This document shows, in pieces, positions 37,264-49,940 of a stretch of 64,000 nucleotides of DNA. The notes under the pieces are model-generated. The model saw nothing but the letters and a program-made list of their open reading frames with translations, was not told the origin of the DNA and did no database searches. The translations under genes were made by a program, and so were the position numbers. Within the stretch, counting starts at the first letter, position 1. The number at the start of each line of letters is the position of its first letter. Source of the DNA: Psammoneis japonica (Eukaryota). The DNA is taken from NCBI GenBank assembly GCA_008632985.1, contig QPGO01000139.1:62001-126000 (forward strand), in the 5' to 3' direction.

Positions 37264-38916
37264 TTGCTTCTTGCAGACTCAGTGTAAAAAGTGCCAAGTT
37301 GATGGTGCTGCAAGTGCTCAGAGCTTGGCATCTGATGACAGGCTTTTCAGAGCACTCGAGCTGGGTGTGAGAAAGAATGCCAGCAACAGAGGCCACAGAG
37401 GCAAAAAGAAGAGGCAACTGCTCAGTGAAACAATGCTGCAAAATGCTCAGAATTAAGAGCACAAAACTTGCTTCATGACAAATGGCACAGGTGCTCTGCA
37501 CTCCTTGCCACTTCCATGCAGACTGCCTTGCCCAGATGAGGGCCTCAAGAGTGAGTTGAAGGCTCAATCCTGTCATGACTGGCGCAGACTGGGAAAGCCT
37601 CAGAGATGCATTTTTGGACACTGTGCCCACCAGTGATGAGCTGCAAGAGCTTCTGACCAACCCATCCCAAGGTCCTGCACTGTTGGGCTAGACTGCTGAC
37701 TTTGTGCATGGCCGCTGCATTTGCATGAACACAAACTTTGTGTTGACTCATCCAAAGTCTTGCTCCTGTCAGTCTTCAACATGATGGGATGCAAGCCCTT
37801 CAAAAACCTGAGAGTGGAAGCAGCCTGCTCTCAAGCTTTTGGGCACTCTGCAAGAGAACACTGCGCTGGTTGCAACGGAACCTTTGGTGCTTCCATCTTT
37901 GACTGACCTGCTTTTGTTGCATTTGGCAAGTGCCGTGAACAAGTGACTTGCGCCACTTTCTGAGGTGCCTCTGCCACATGACATGCACTCCCAGCAACTG
38001 CTCAACTGTGTTGATGGCACATTGCTTGCACCCCTGCTGCCACCCCTTCCATGGCTGCCAGCTGACCCCAGCACCCACCGCAGCCATGACTGGAGACCCT
38101 CTGCCACTGTGCCAATGCTGGCCCTGACCAGGGCCTCTGATTCAACCACTCCATTGGCCCCACCCTGCCTGAACCTCACCCCCCCAAGAATGCATGCCTC
38201 CTTCTGCTTTTCTTTGTGTGCAAATCTAAGCTGGCTGCATTGCTCCAGGCACTGCACTCAGATGCCCCAATGCAGGCATGAACAGGAGCTCCAAAATGTG
38301 CGCACCAGTCTCACGTTGGTGTCATCTTTCCCTTCTGCTTCATGTGGCTTTGAGTTGCTTGTCAATTTCCAGGTTGGCGCAGTTCTCAAACTCCAACATG
38401 TTTTTCACAATCTCGCTGTGTCAAATTGTCACATCCAATGCATTGCTTGCACTCCAACATTGTTTTTCTTGCCCTTGCCTTTTTGCATGCACAAATCATA
38501 ATTTCGTGTCCTCACCCATCCTTTGATTTGTGCTTCAATGGGTCGTTGCTCCAGGCACTTCACCAAACTTTGTGGAGCACTTCATTGAACTTTCAGTCAA
38601 CTGCCCATTTCCAAATTGGCACAGCTCTCTCCTGCAAAATGTTTTTTGTTTGCTGTGAGAATCACACTGCATCAAATCATTGCATCGGTGCAAACGTGCT
38701 GCACCAAAGTTGATTTTTTCATTGACACAAAACTGATGCAGGATCGAGAGCCCTGACTGGCACCTCCTGTTCGGCAAGACTGGGCGCAAAGCAAATTTAA
38801 TTGGGTTCGATGAAACCCTCGCACGGAAGGACGGGTTGGACATCACCAGCACTGTCACTGCTGTCGACTTGCCTGACGGCGTGGTGGTTCTACTGTGCAT
38901 GCACGAGAGTCCAACG

Positions 38917-39096
38917 GAGGAAGGAAGCTGGATCGATGGGGTGACAGCAAACTGTCTTAAGGGAGTTAGACACACTTCATAGATGACCAAGATCATGATG
39001 TATTAACCCAATTTATGAAACATGCTACTCGTGTATGAATGATGATGGAGCGGTGTACAAAATTTGAGACCAATTCGGACATGCACAAGATTCCGC
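38917..39096 (+). repeat. About 180-bp direct repeat, copy 2 (3' flank of the MFS gene)
   Basis: Aligns to 34672-34849. Confidence 0.9.
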
Positions 39097-39113
39097 CTTG
39101 CGACACGCTCTTA

Positions 39114-41885
39114 TCATTTTTTTCCGTCTTCGGGTAGATATGACCATGTTCCCGAAAAGACCAGGCGACCCTGATGCACACCCATGGAACCCTCGACAAC
39201 AACTTCTCCGTCGTCCCTGCCACGAGACTCCGCATTCTCCGCCTTGTCACTTTGAAGGCTGGGCATTTTTTCCGTGACCAACTTAGAAGAACATGATTCT
39301 TCAGCCGGGTCAACAGCAGAAAACGGAAAACGCACGGTATCGAGGCTCGTCTCAATGATATGTTCGGTAGGACGCTCTAAGAAAGAAGCATCCTTTTCCA
39401 ACAGATACACCCCAATGTAGCTAACAGAACCAAGTGACATGAACGCCAAAGAGAACCAAAGCAACGTGTCTTCTCCATCGTCCATCCCCATGAACGCCCC
39501 AGCAATAAAAGCATTCACCGAGTCAATGAGGTTGCCAAGGATGGCGTATATTCCGTATCCGAGACCTGCACGAGCTGGGCCTACGATGAAAGGAATAGTG
39601 ACAACGCCAAGGTCACAGTAGCTAGTTGTGACGGCAAATAGGCATGTTGCGACCCACACAACAGCAGAATTCTCTGTTGACAGTAGGAATCCGTATGCCA
39701 ACAAACTCATAAACACGGCAAGAAAGCTAAGTCTCGCACGGGCACCGGTTTTGTCACTGAGGATGCCCATCACAGGACTCACTAACGAACCGCAGGAGGA
39801 AGAATCGGAAGCGTCAACCAAAATTATCCGATTTTTGCAAGAGTCATTCCGACGATTGTGCAACGAAAGCAAAAGCACTTACATGGGCCAGCAATGAGTG
39901 AGGTTAGTCCGGTGGCCAGTGAAGCTTGAGACTGAGAAAGACCGTATTTTTTGGCATACAAGTCCACGGAGTAAAGTGAGAACGTGTTGAAGTAGTAATT
40001 TACCCCCTTGATTCCAAGAATTGTGAGATAAAAGGAAGCCGGGAGTTTGAACGAAGCTAGTCCCGTCGGAGCTTTAGGAATTGCAGCCTTCGCAAAGCCT
40101 GCAAAAGTTCTTTCGAGAACAGCTTCGTCAGAGTCGTCCGTGCTATCGTTTTTCTTCCTCTCCTCCATGAAAAGCCCCGCAGCAACAGCGTAAGTAGCAG
40201 CAGTTGAAATAATACAAAACATAAAGCACATAAAGAGAGCAAAATCAGTTCCCGTGTTGTCGAGAGGTGTCTCGCTTCGACTATCTGCAATGACAGGTAG
40301 GAACTGGAAAGCAGCAAAGGCCTCAACTGCGATTAGAAGTCCCATAATTCCAATCATCAGCCCGATCTGCTTCGGAAATACAAGGCTGTAACATTCGCTG
40401 GTAGCAAAGAACAGGGTTTCCAGCCCAAATCCAATGAGGAATCTTGCAAAGACAAGAAGTCCATACAGATCTGGGGTATCTGCATACCACTGCAGGAGAG
40501 CCCCTATCGACATCTGCGGGACGTGCAGCGGTACAACAGAGGCAAGCAGTACAAAACATGAGCCATACAAAGGTCAAACCGCGGGACCATTGGCTAGATC
40601 GAGCAATAACACGCTCACGACTGAACTTACTATTGTACTGGCGCCAGCGCCTACGGGAGCAGGTCCTGTAACATTATCCATAAAGTAGCCACCGATGAAT
40701 GGACTGATCATTCCGGCAGCAAAATAGGCAGTGTTCAATACCCCAATCTCTGCCTCGTTAATGTCCATCCTTGCCATGAATCTTTCAGTCATGGCAGCCA
40801 CGGCAAAAAGAGCGAACAGCCCACCAAATGTGAACGTGGAGATGGCACAGAAGTAGAATGTACCACGGCAGGTCGGAAGGCACCTCGTTCCATTGGATTC
40901 CTCCCCATCTTCGCCCTTCTTGACAACGACAGCCCGCACAAACGCTTCCCTATCAAGTGTTCCGTTAAGCCGACGCTGTTCGCCGACCCAATCTGTGATG
41001 CGGGAAACGGTTGATTCTGGAAGATCTGGTGTTGACGACAGGTCAGCCCCCTTTATAGTTTTAAGCTCTTGGGCCATTCCTCTGTCCATCAGACTTGTAT
41101 TTCCTGTCTTGACGGGCGTAATATGAGACGTGTGCTTGACTTTCATAACATTTCGTTGGGACATGAGATCGGCGTAACCTAAACAAACATCCTCAGCCGA
41201 AAGGTCACCGTCCTGTCTCGAATAGGGAAAAGAATGGTTACAATATGCGATAACCAATCAAACAACTGAAATGAAAGGGGTCTGAATTCACTTACCTGAT
41301 CTACATCGTAGAGCGAGAAGAACATGTTGGCAACGTCTTCCGGCGTTCCCCTCAAAAGTGGGGAAATGCCCTGCACCAATTCAAACCTTGTGATTTCTCC
41401 TGAATTGTCATCGTCGAAAAACGTCCAAAGGCGCCTCACCAGCCCCTCGTGCTTCAAACCAGCGCTCCCACACAACGTGGCAAACTCCTCATAGTCAATC
41501 ATACCATCGTCGTTCACGTCGTTGACATCCTCGCGGTTGTAGAAATCAATGATTTCGCGTTTGGAAAAGTTGGTAGTTTCGAGGAGGGTTGCAAGTTCAT
41601 CCTCCGGGACATTGCTGATTCTCCGCCCTTTCTTCTTCTTTTTCTTATCATTGTCACTCGTTTTCCTACGTCAAGTCGAGTAGAAAGGGAAAATAATGAG
41701 AAGCCGAGGACAAACGCAGTGTGCACTGAGTAGTTAGCTATCGATGCAACAAATTTGTGAGTGGCATCTTGAACTGATCTCCCACCGACCAGCCATCACA
41801 ATAGGACTTACTCTACATATCCTTCTTCCAAGTCCGGGATAGTGGAGCTTTTGCCCTCGTTCTGTTTCGAGACATCGGCGTTCAT
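39114..41885 (-). CDS. EF-hand (NCS/calcineurin-B-like) domain fused to an MFS (MFSD1-like) transporter, about 5 exons
   Basis: ELATLLETTNFSKREI, EF loops DVNDDGMIDYEEF, DDDNSGEITRFE and YDVDQ|DGDLSAED. Then MFS helices (SPFIGGYFMD, ARFLIGFGLE, PVMGILSDKTG). GT-AG introns at about 41811-41668, 41295-41213, 40630-40514 and 39882-39782. Confidence 0.82.
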
Positions 41886-42255
41886 CTCGTCGTCCTTGTC
41901 AATGTTGTCAAAATTGGTCTTCAATGAGGCTGGGTCACCCGCTGTCACGCATTTCACAACATTTTTACCAGTACAGGCAGTGTGTACCGGTAGGGCCTAC
42001 TCTAGAAGTACCAGGTAGGTTGAAAATGAGTGAGTGTACAGTATGTACGTATGTGCGTGGCAAGATCTTTGCAATAGCCCCTGCCCCTGCCCTGCCCTGT
42101 TGAAGATCGCTACTGTACATTTTTCAGATCACTTGTCCGTCGATTTTTTTAATTAGGGGACCTCTCTGAAAAATTGAAATATTTCAATTCGCTCCAGCAG
42201 CGATTTTCAGCGTGGAGCGCCAAAGCGAAAGATGCCACATCGGGACCAAAGCCAT

Positions 42256-44520
42256 GACGACGATGAACAGCGCTGCAGCGACGCTCGGGCCCTTCGACTT
42301 CATCAGCCGCATTGGTTTGGGTGACATCGAGCCTGAAGAAGTCAAGAAGGCCACAGATGGGAGAAAGTTCACACCATCCCAAGAAAGAGACAACTTCTCA
42401 AAACGGCAGCTGACAACCAAGCAGCAATTCTGGCGGATCTTCGCACTCGCTTTGGGTTGAAAGCGGGTGAAGTTGATCAACGCATTGCTCAATTTGAAGA
42501 AACGATAAAGGGAATGCCCAAGCTCTCGAGTGGCAACTTCAGTGGATCCGTGTGCAGCGAGTGCTGCTTCAATTTTGCCGCTCTGCTCAAAAACATGCTC
42601 GGCACCTCATCCGACAAGCCGTGGACCAGAGAGTCGTGCAAGAAGTGTTTGGATCCACTTGTGTGTGCTCACAAGGAAGCAAAAGAACCAGCACTGGAGA
42701 AAAAGCATGACTGCCTCAACTCCTGCATTGTGAAGCTCAGCAAGGAACAGCAGAGTCGCGGCCATGGCGCAGATGCCATGGACCCGCCAGATGGGGACAA
42801 GACTTGTGTTTCATGCGGTCATGACTCACTTGATTTCCCATGCTCAAGCATGGCAAATCATGAGGCAAATGCAAAGAAATGACAAGAATGTGAGGCAGCA
42901 TTGTCAGAACACAACCACGACCCAGTGGCGTGGCGAGCCGCAAACAACAAACAGAAGCCTGCCGAACCCAAGCACACAGCTGCACATGCACAATGCCACT
43001 GTCACCAAATGCACTGCATGGGCCACATGCAAGGCACGTGCAATGCATGCAAACAAGATCCACCCAGACCACAGGACGATGGTGTGTGCCCTTGTGCGGC
43101 ATGCCTTTGTGAATGCAAGGCAGCAACCCAGGTGAGTCGTGTTGTCGAGCTCATCCTGTTTGCATGTGATCAACGTCATGTTGCGTGACTGCTTGCATGT
43201 CGTTTCTGTCTTTGCACTGCATCTTCACAGTTTGACAAGAAGCAGCAACTTGTGCACATTGCATTGAGAAATGCGCAGAGTGCGAACCGTCTTGACACAA
43301 GGGAGGAGCTCCTCAAGCAAGCTGTTGCCGATTCTTGCATCTTCGGAGCGCTCAACACAGGATTTGCGAATGGCAGCAGGGCAGCTGCTGAAGTTGCAGC
43401 CCAGGCATGTCCGCATGCTGATGCCGTCGCAATTTGTTCACAACAGATGAGCATGGGGCACTGTCTGCGGCAAAGGCATGCGCCGGGTTGTTGCCATCAT
43501 TTGCAAATCAGGCCGAGGGTGAGGAGATGAGGCAGCTTCGTTCTCTCTTTGACAAACCAACTGCCAAGGCAATTGGGCCCGCGGGTGACCTTGTTGATGC
43601 TTGAGGAACTCATGCAACAAAGGGACATCGAAGTGGGGACAATTGCATCAAGGACAGTGCAGGTCCTTCCCGGGGAGGACTCGGTTCAACTCATGTGAAG
43701 ACCAGTCCACCGGTGCCGGCACAAGGTGGCAACATTTCTTCACGTCACGACGTGCCAGTGGATGTTGCACCTCCATTTGGCCACCTGATTGGGCCCTCAG
43801 CTGTGGCCACAACACCAGCCACAGGGTTGGCAACCAGCAACCAGGGCTTTGCTCCACCGCCTGTGAGCCCCAATGAATGCCTCCATCTTCTCCAGCACAA
43901 TCCTGCTGAACTTCATGCCCAGATTGAGGCACTCAGAAAATGCGAGCATTGCCAACCCAGCTTTCAATCCCCGCCTTTTCATGCCGCAGGTTCCTTGCAA
44001 CAAATTGTGAATGACCCATCTGCACTGCAGGAGCAGGTCCATGCATGTCAGCATCATTCACAGCAGGCCAGCCAGAAACCAGCAGCTGTCAACAAGGAAA
44101 CGATGGCGCAAGAAGCAATCAATGTTGATGAGGGCAAAGATGAAGGGAACACACTCTCTCTAAAGATGGGCAAGCACTTGCATTTGCCAGCAGTTTTGTT
44201 GGTTGGTGCGTGGCTCACACAGTTTTGCACTCATGCAATCACTCAGAGGCAAATGACACACCTTCCAAGGGAAAACGCGCTCGAGCCACAATCAGGCTCC
44301 ACGATGCAAGCTTTGGGATCCGAGCCCTCGATGGTGCGACAGCCGATGAAGCTTTTGACTCGTATGAGTGTTCCACCCCCCATCCCACGGAAGTCAGCAA
44401 CCACCTCCAAGCAGTCAATCGCTCAAGGAAAAGGAACTGGGAATTCAACGAATTCGACTGCGAGGCCAAAAGGCCTGGATCGTCCGACACCATGGGGTCA
44501 GAAGCGGCAGCCAATGTGGT
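42256..44520 (+). pseudogene. Second (cargo) ORF of the Tc1-like element, Cys-cluster protein, disrupted, with one apparent intron (about 43132-43230)
   Basis: Continuous reading frame with in-frame TGA stops: CVSCGH...CHCHQMHC...CNAC...CPCAACLCEC. Donor cag|gtgagt and acceptor cttcacag. Confidence 0.6.
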
Positions 44521-44849
44521 GATTAGTCTAAATCGCCACCAGAAGAAGAGGTCTTCTCAGCTGTTGTGGATCGTCCAAGAAGACTGTTGTAGATGGCCAG
44601 ATGGGCCAGCTCAAAGCAGAAAAGAGGGAACACAGCAGTGGACAGAAACACCGTAGATGTGATTTGCAACTTCCAGAATGCAGCAAACAAGAGACACCTT
44701 AGAAATGAATTGCAACTTCTAGAATGCAGCAGACAAGAGATGCCGCACCTTAGAGTCGAATGGAAACTGTCACACATCACATGAGTGCGGCACTTGTGAG
44801 GCATGCTGAGATGAAGAATGGCAGTGGCTGACAAATTATGTTCTAGCAT

Positions 44850-45900
44850 CTGTCAATTTTTTTGTCTAAAACCGACCTCATAAAAACATGGGCGGCAAGG
44901 ACCAAGCGTTCTGACAACAGAACGCGACTCTCACACAAGATCTTCGTCGTTGAAGATCTTGTGCGAGCGGTCCTTGAGGGCCCCTTCGAATGTGTTGAAC
45001 ACGAGTTCAATGGGGCCGTCCACCGGGCAGCAGGGGGTGCGGAACACCACCCGGTGGCCCGCCATGAGAATTGATCGGACAACTGGGGGGTGGTGGTGCA
45101 CCACCAAGTTGTCCATCATGAAGCATCGTCGCCTGTGACCAGGTGCCCAAGGGCCAATGTCTGCTAGAATCCCGTCAACAAAACTCCTGAATGGTGTCAC
45201 ATCAGCTCCAGCTTGCTCCACAAATTTGCGCCAATGATGACCACATGGAGACATCGGCCTTCAAAAGAATTCTGCCTCTTCCATGACCATGCACTCCAGT
45301 TTTGCGGCATCGGCACTCCAGTGATGTCTTGGCACGTGATCGGTTCGAGAACTCAGCAAGAATTTTTGCTTCGTCTGCATCAATCACATCTTCAAGCTCA
45401 GTGTCAGCAATTCCAAAGGGATGCACCACACACCAAAACACTGCTCACTGTAAACACAATGTGGCTCACAGGCTTGGTGCACAGTTGTTGACGATTTCTT
45501 CCGTGAAAACCCAGTTCGCTGCTCCACCTTCGCAATCTGGCCCTCGTTGCACCAAATTCCAGCGGCTTGATGCAACATTGCAATCTTTTCCAACCCAGTT
45601 GCATCAGGGAAGCACATTGCACAAAGGGCCAATGGGACAAGCTCCGGTCCTTGCAACACATGAGCTCTGATGTTGCCGGCATGCCGATGCTCACAGCAAG
45701 CATTTTCGATCCGCGCACGGTTCCGCCATCGACTGAGGGTCCATGTGACTGGATGCAGCTTCAGTCTGCACTGCTCTCTCACTAAAAAATCTTCATTTCC
45801 AGTCACACAACATTGCAAACAAATCAGTCTCAAATCCCTCGAGTGTGCAGGAATTGGCTTTCTCACAATTGTGCCGCGACGGTGCACGGTCTTTGTGGGG
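44850..45900 (-). pseudogene. DD34E transposase, disrupted
   Basis: IDADEAKI, then MMDNL-x34-PIE (FRTPCCPVDGPIELVFN). N-terminal HTH-like TLSRW and GFSRKKSST. Confidence 0.9.
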
Positions 45901-46911
45901 GGGGGGGGGGTTCTGGCATTTTTCTGCACTTTTCCATTCACCATCTTTGCAGTGGCATTCCACATCATCATGTGCATCAATGCAACATGCAATGTCATCA
46001 TCAAAGTGTTTGCTGCACTCCATCTGACGTCCGATGGTTGGTCATGATGTTTTTTGCCGTGTGAAACCACGTGGCGCATCGGATTCTTGAAATGTTTCAC
46101 AATTTTTCAGAGAGGTCTCCCAATTAAAAAAATCGACAGACAAGTGATCTGAAAAATGTGGTGATCATCGCATCGTACAGCACAGTGCTGCACTGCATGT
46201 ACAGTGCATGCTGCATCAGCCAGCCCGCCAGGCCAGGCAGACACAGAAATGCAGCAGTGCCGCCACCGGCATTCACAGGTCCGCGAAGAATCAAACAGTT
46301 GCTCAATCATGCTGTGCTTACGAAGAGACCAAACAAAAAGAGGCAGACTAGAAAGGTGGCGTTCAAGGTGCGCAAATGGTGTGATGATGTGCCACATCTT
46401 CATGGCCAATGGCCATCGCCTCGGTGCCGGTCGGCACACATTGAAATTTGCTCAAGCGTGAGATGGGGGGTGCTTTGGGTCTTTTTTCGTTTTGTTTTTC
46501 CATTTTTTCATCCCCAACACTTTTAAAGATTCTTCTCATGTAAGAAAGGAAGGAGGACACACTTAGACTAAAGGACATGGTGCATGCATCTGTTTGTTGC
46601 GATGCGATGCGATGCGATGCATTTCTGGGAAGCAGAAGAGAAAATTCGGAATTTTTATGAATTTCGCAAAAATCTGTGTTTTGACAAAAATGGTGTGTAT
46701 GTTTTGGCGGGAAACAATGTTAATATTAGTTATTGAATACGGTATATAATAAGACAACTGGAGGAACAACGACACAGGATACAAAAGGCTTTAACGATGT
46801 GATGTGATTGATGATAGGCCTTTCTTCTCCTCTGGAACGATGTATTCAAAGCAAATCCGCAGCCGTACATCATTTGTGAGTAGCTTTGGCGATATGAAAA
46901 CAAGCGACGGC

Positions 46912-48850
46912 ATGCAAGTACTGGTAAGGTTGTTGCTGTTCTTTTATGTTGCTACTGCGGTTCAGTCGCTTGCCGCCACAAGCAGCAATACCAGAGAAAG
47001 ACCCATTCCAATTACAGTCCTATCGGGCTTTCTTGGAAGCGGGAAGACTACCTTGCTCCAACATCTGTTGCACAACCGAGAAGGCCTTCGCATCGCTGTG
47101 ATTGTCAATGATGTTGCTTCAGTCAATATCGATTCAAAGCTGATTAGTGGTGGGACTGCGTCGGAAGCAGCGGGCATGGTGGAACTACAAAATGGATGCG
47201 CTTGCTGTTCTCTATCGGATGAATTGCTGGCGTCGGTATCAGAACTAGTGACTTTGTCGGATATGAGAGGAGATGAAGAAAAGTTCCACCATATTGTCGT
47301 GGAACTCAGCGGCGTGGCTGACCCCAAGAGTGTGCGTGCCAAGTTTCAAGAAGCGATTCTCTATGACATGCCACTGATGGAACGAGTGAGACTGGATACT
47401 CTTGCTACCGTTGTTGATTGTAGTGTATTTTTAGAGCACCTTAAAAGTTCCAAGGACGCAACAGCCACGGAAGCACCGGAACTCTTCTATCGTGATGGGC
47501 AAAAACCAAAAGAGGAAGAACCAGAGGCGTGGATGGAAGGCATGCCGGCTCCACTGGTGGAAGCTCTACTGGCGGGACAGAACTCGGCAATGTCGTCCAT
47601 GATGGAGACGTCGGGTGACGGCGTTGCGGACTTGTTGGTAGGCCAAACAGAAACTGCTGATGTAGTGCTGCTCAACAAGATAGACCTGGTCGATGAGGAA
47701 ACATCCTCACAGATTGAGCAAGTTGTTCGGGCCCTTAATCCTCGTGCTACAGTTCTGCCATCAAAATATGGAGAGGTGGACCCAACGCAGATTTTGGCCT
47801 TTGCGGGTGGAAAGGGTGTTGTGGAAGCAGGCGTGGTTGATGATCATAGAGATGCCGTTGAGGCTGTGACGAAGTTAGTAGATGTTGGAGAATCTTTGCA
47901 TGCTGCTTCGAAATCCGACCCAAGCCATTCGCACACTCACAGCCACCATCATCAGTCAGATGATAGCACGGATCCAAGTGATTCCCATTCGCACACTCAC
48001 AGTCACCATCATCAGTCAGAGGATTGCACGGACCCTAATTGCACGGACTCAAGCCATTCCCATTCGCATACTAGTCATAGCCATGCAGGGATTGGCTCTT
48101 TTGTGTATCGATCCCGTCGACCTTTCCATCCTGGGCGACTCGTTGCATTTCTTAGAATGTTACCAATTTCTCGTGGTCTACCCGAAACGCAAGAGGAAGA
48201 ATCTCTTGAAGTCACTACCGAAACAGAAACTGCGCTCAAGAGCGTTTTGCGGAGTAAAGGTTTTGTTTGGTGTGCAGATTCAAACGTTGCCGCCTTGTAC
48301 TGGAGTCACGCCGGCAGCTCTTTTGAGATGCAGGTAAGAATTTTGAAATGGCGTTCTTACACAGGCTCAGCCTGTGGTTCTGATGATGCAGTGAGGTTTA
48401 TCGGAATGCGTCTAAAACTTACTTTCTCTTTTACTTTTGAAGTGCCTCGGTCGATGGTGGGCAGCATTACCAAGATCACAGGTACGTGCTACGAAATCCA
48501 AGTGATGGCACTTGCGATTTTCTGAGAGAACTTGTACTAACAGTCGTTCTCTTGCTCTCTCGTGTACTCTCTAGTGGCCAAAGGAAGTAACACGTACTAT
48601 TTTAGCAGATTTCGATGACGCGGATCATGTCGAAGGAGAAAGTGACTCTGTGGGTGATCGAAGACAAGAGATAGTTTTTATTGGACAGAGACTGGCTGAC
48701 GACCAAAGACAGAACCAAATTTCCAAAGCCCTCGACCAGTGTCTTTTGACATCCAAGGAGTGGAGTGATTTTCGATCCAATGCTAACAAGGAAGAGAATC
48801 TGCGATCGCTATTTGCGAACTCATTAAATGTTCGAATGGCAAGCTACTGA
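46912..48850 (+). CDS. CobW/COG0523 metal-chaperone GTPase with signal peptide and His-rich insert, 3 exons (46912-48333, 48443-48481, 48575-48850)
   Basis: LSGFLGSGKTT, IVNDVASVNID, LQNGCACCS, ELSGVADP, LNKIDL, RPFHPGRL, LRSKGFVW, GRWWAAL and GDRRQEIVFIG. Confidence 0.93.
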
Positions 48851-49054
48851 TTTCGGAGGGACACCGTTGAGTGGAAAAACAGAGACGACATCATCACGCA
48901 CCCACACTCGTTCATCAGACGTCTGGCAATGTTCAAAAAAGAAAGATACCATACCTTATATTTGTCGTGAAGCTAGAGATACGCTGCCTCGCAACTGCCT
49001 CTACGAGTGCTTTTCCCTCCTCTCTAAAGTAGCTATAGCCCTAGACCCTAGCAC

Positions 49055-49940
49055 CAGCCAGCTGTGCCATGGGTCGATCTCGCTCACCGGAAAAGGAGAG
49101 AAACATGTTGTGCTGACAAATGCGCATGCAAAGAGAGGGTGCCACAAGCGCAAAGCATCATTTGAGAGCTGTCGACATCACAAAACATGAGCTTGTGGCA
49201 GCTGGCTGCAAGCTGCATTTGTGGGGGAGGGCGGGGGTGTCCTTGGCTTGTTGAGATGGCACTTAGATCCACAACAGCCCTGTCTTGCAAGGTGAGTTTG
49301 ATGGCGCACGCTTGGTTGCTGCAAACAACTTGCGAGAGGGCTTTTTTGTCCAAGCGCTGTTTTTTTCTCATCACCTGGGCTGGAGAAAAACTCAGCCCAT
49401 TTCTGTCAAGCTGAGCTTTTCTGTGCTGCAATCCAAAAAAGCAATTTTTTCATTTTGTGCAACAAAATGAGGCGTGCTCACAGCGACAAGAGCTGGCTGC
49501 AAGAAGCGGGGTGGGGCGCAAACAAAAGGAAGCAGCGCAAGGAGCATCGGCGCACTGGCTGTGGGGGCTGGCTGGGGGTGTTTGACAATGGTTTGCATGA
49601 CGAGGAGAGTGCTGCTGGCAAGAGCTTCCAAAGACTGCCACAAGAGGGTCGCCAGGCACACTGCTGGCAGCTCTGGCCTTGCTTGGAGCCTGGGCAACGC
49701 GGCAAAACCAGCTGCAGAGGGGCTGTTTCTCCAACCAGAAGCGCAACTCACTTGTCTTTTGCAATGCACTGAGACAGTCCAACTCTGACTGAGAAGAGGT
49801 GCACACCTGCTGGCAGCTTTAGAGTGGACGTAAAGCTTCAAGCGGGGGGAGGGGGCAGTGGTTTGGTCCTGGCATGCATGGCTGGGTTGCCCTGTACAGT
49901 CGTGTGGGTGCCACTTAAGTGGCTGTTGCTTTGCAAGACT
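49055..49940. mobile_element. Short TpA-depleted decayed repeat block, family not assigned
   Basis: TA nearly absent while many CG are retained. Starts immediately after a CTAG-rich patch. Confidence 0.55.

Larger units (their letters stand above)
42118..46158. mobile_element. IS630-Tc1-mariner element, about 4.04 kb, with about 70-bp TIRs, TA TSD and two convergent ORFs
   Basis: Left TIR TA|catttttcagatcacttgtccgtcgatttttttaattaggggacctctctgaaaaattg. Right inverted copy ends ctgaaaaatg|TG at 46158-46160. Confidence 0.92.

Noticed and set aside
46598..46622. (gcgat)n microsatellite
   Set aside because: Short simple repeat with no evident function.
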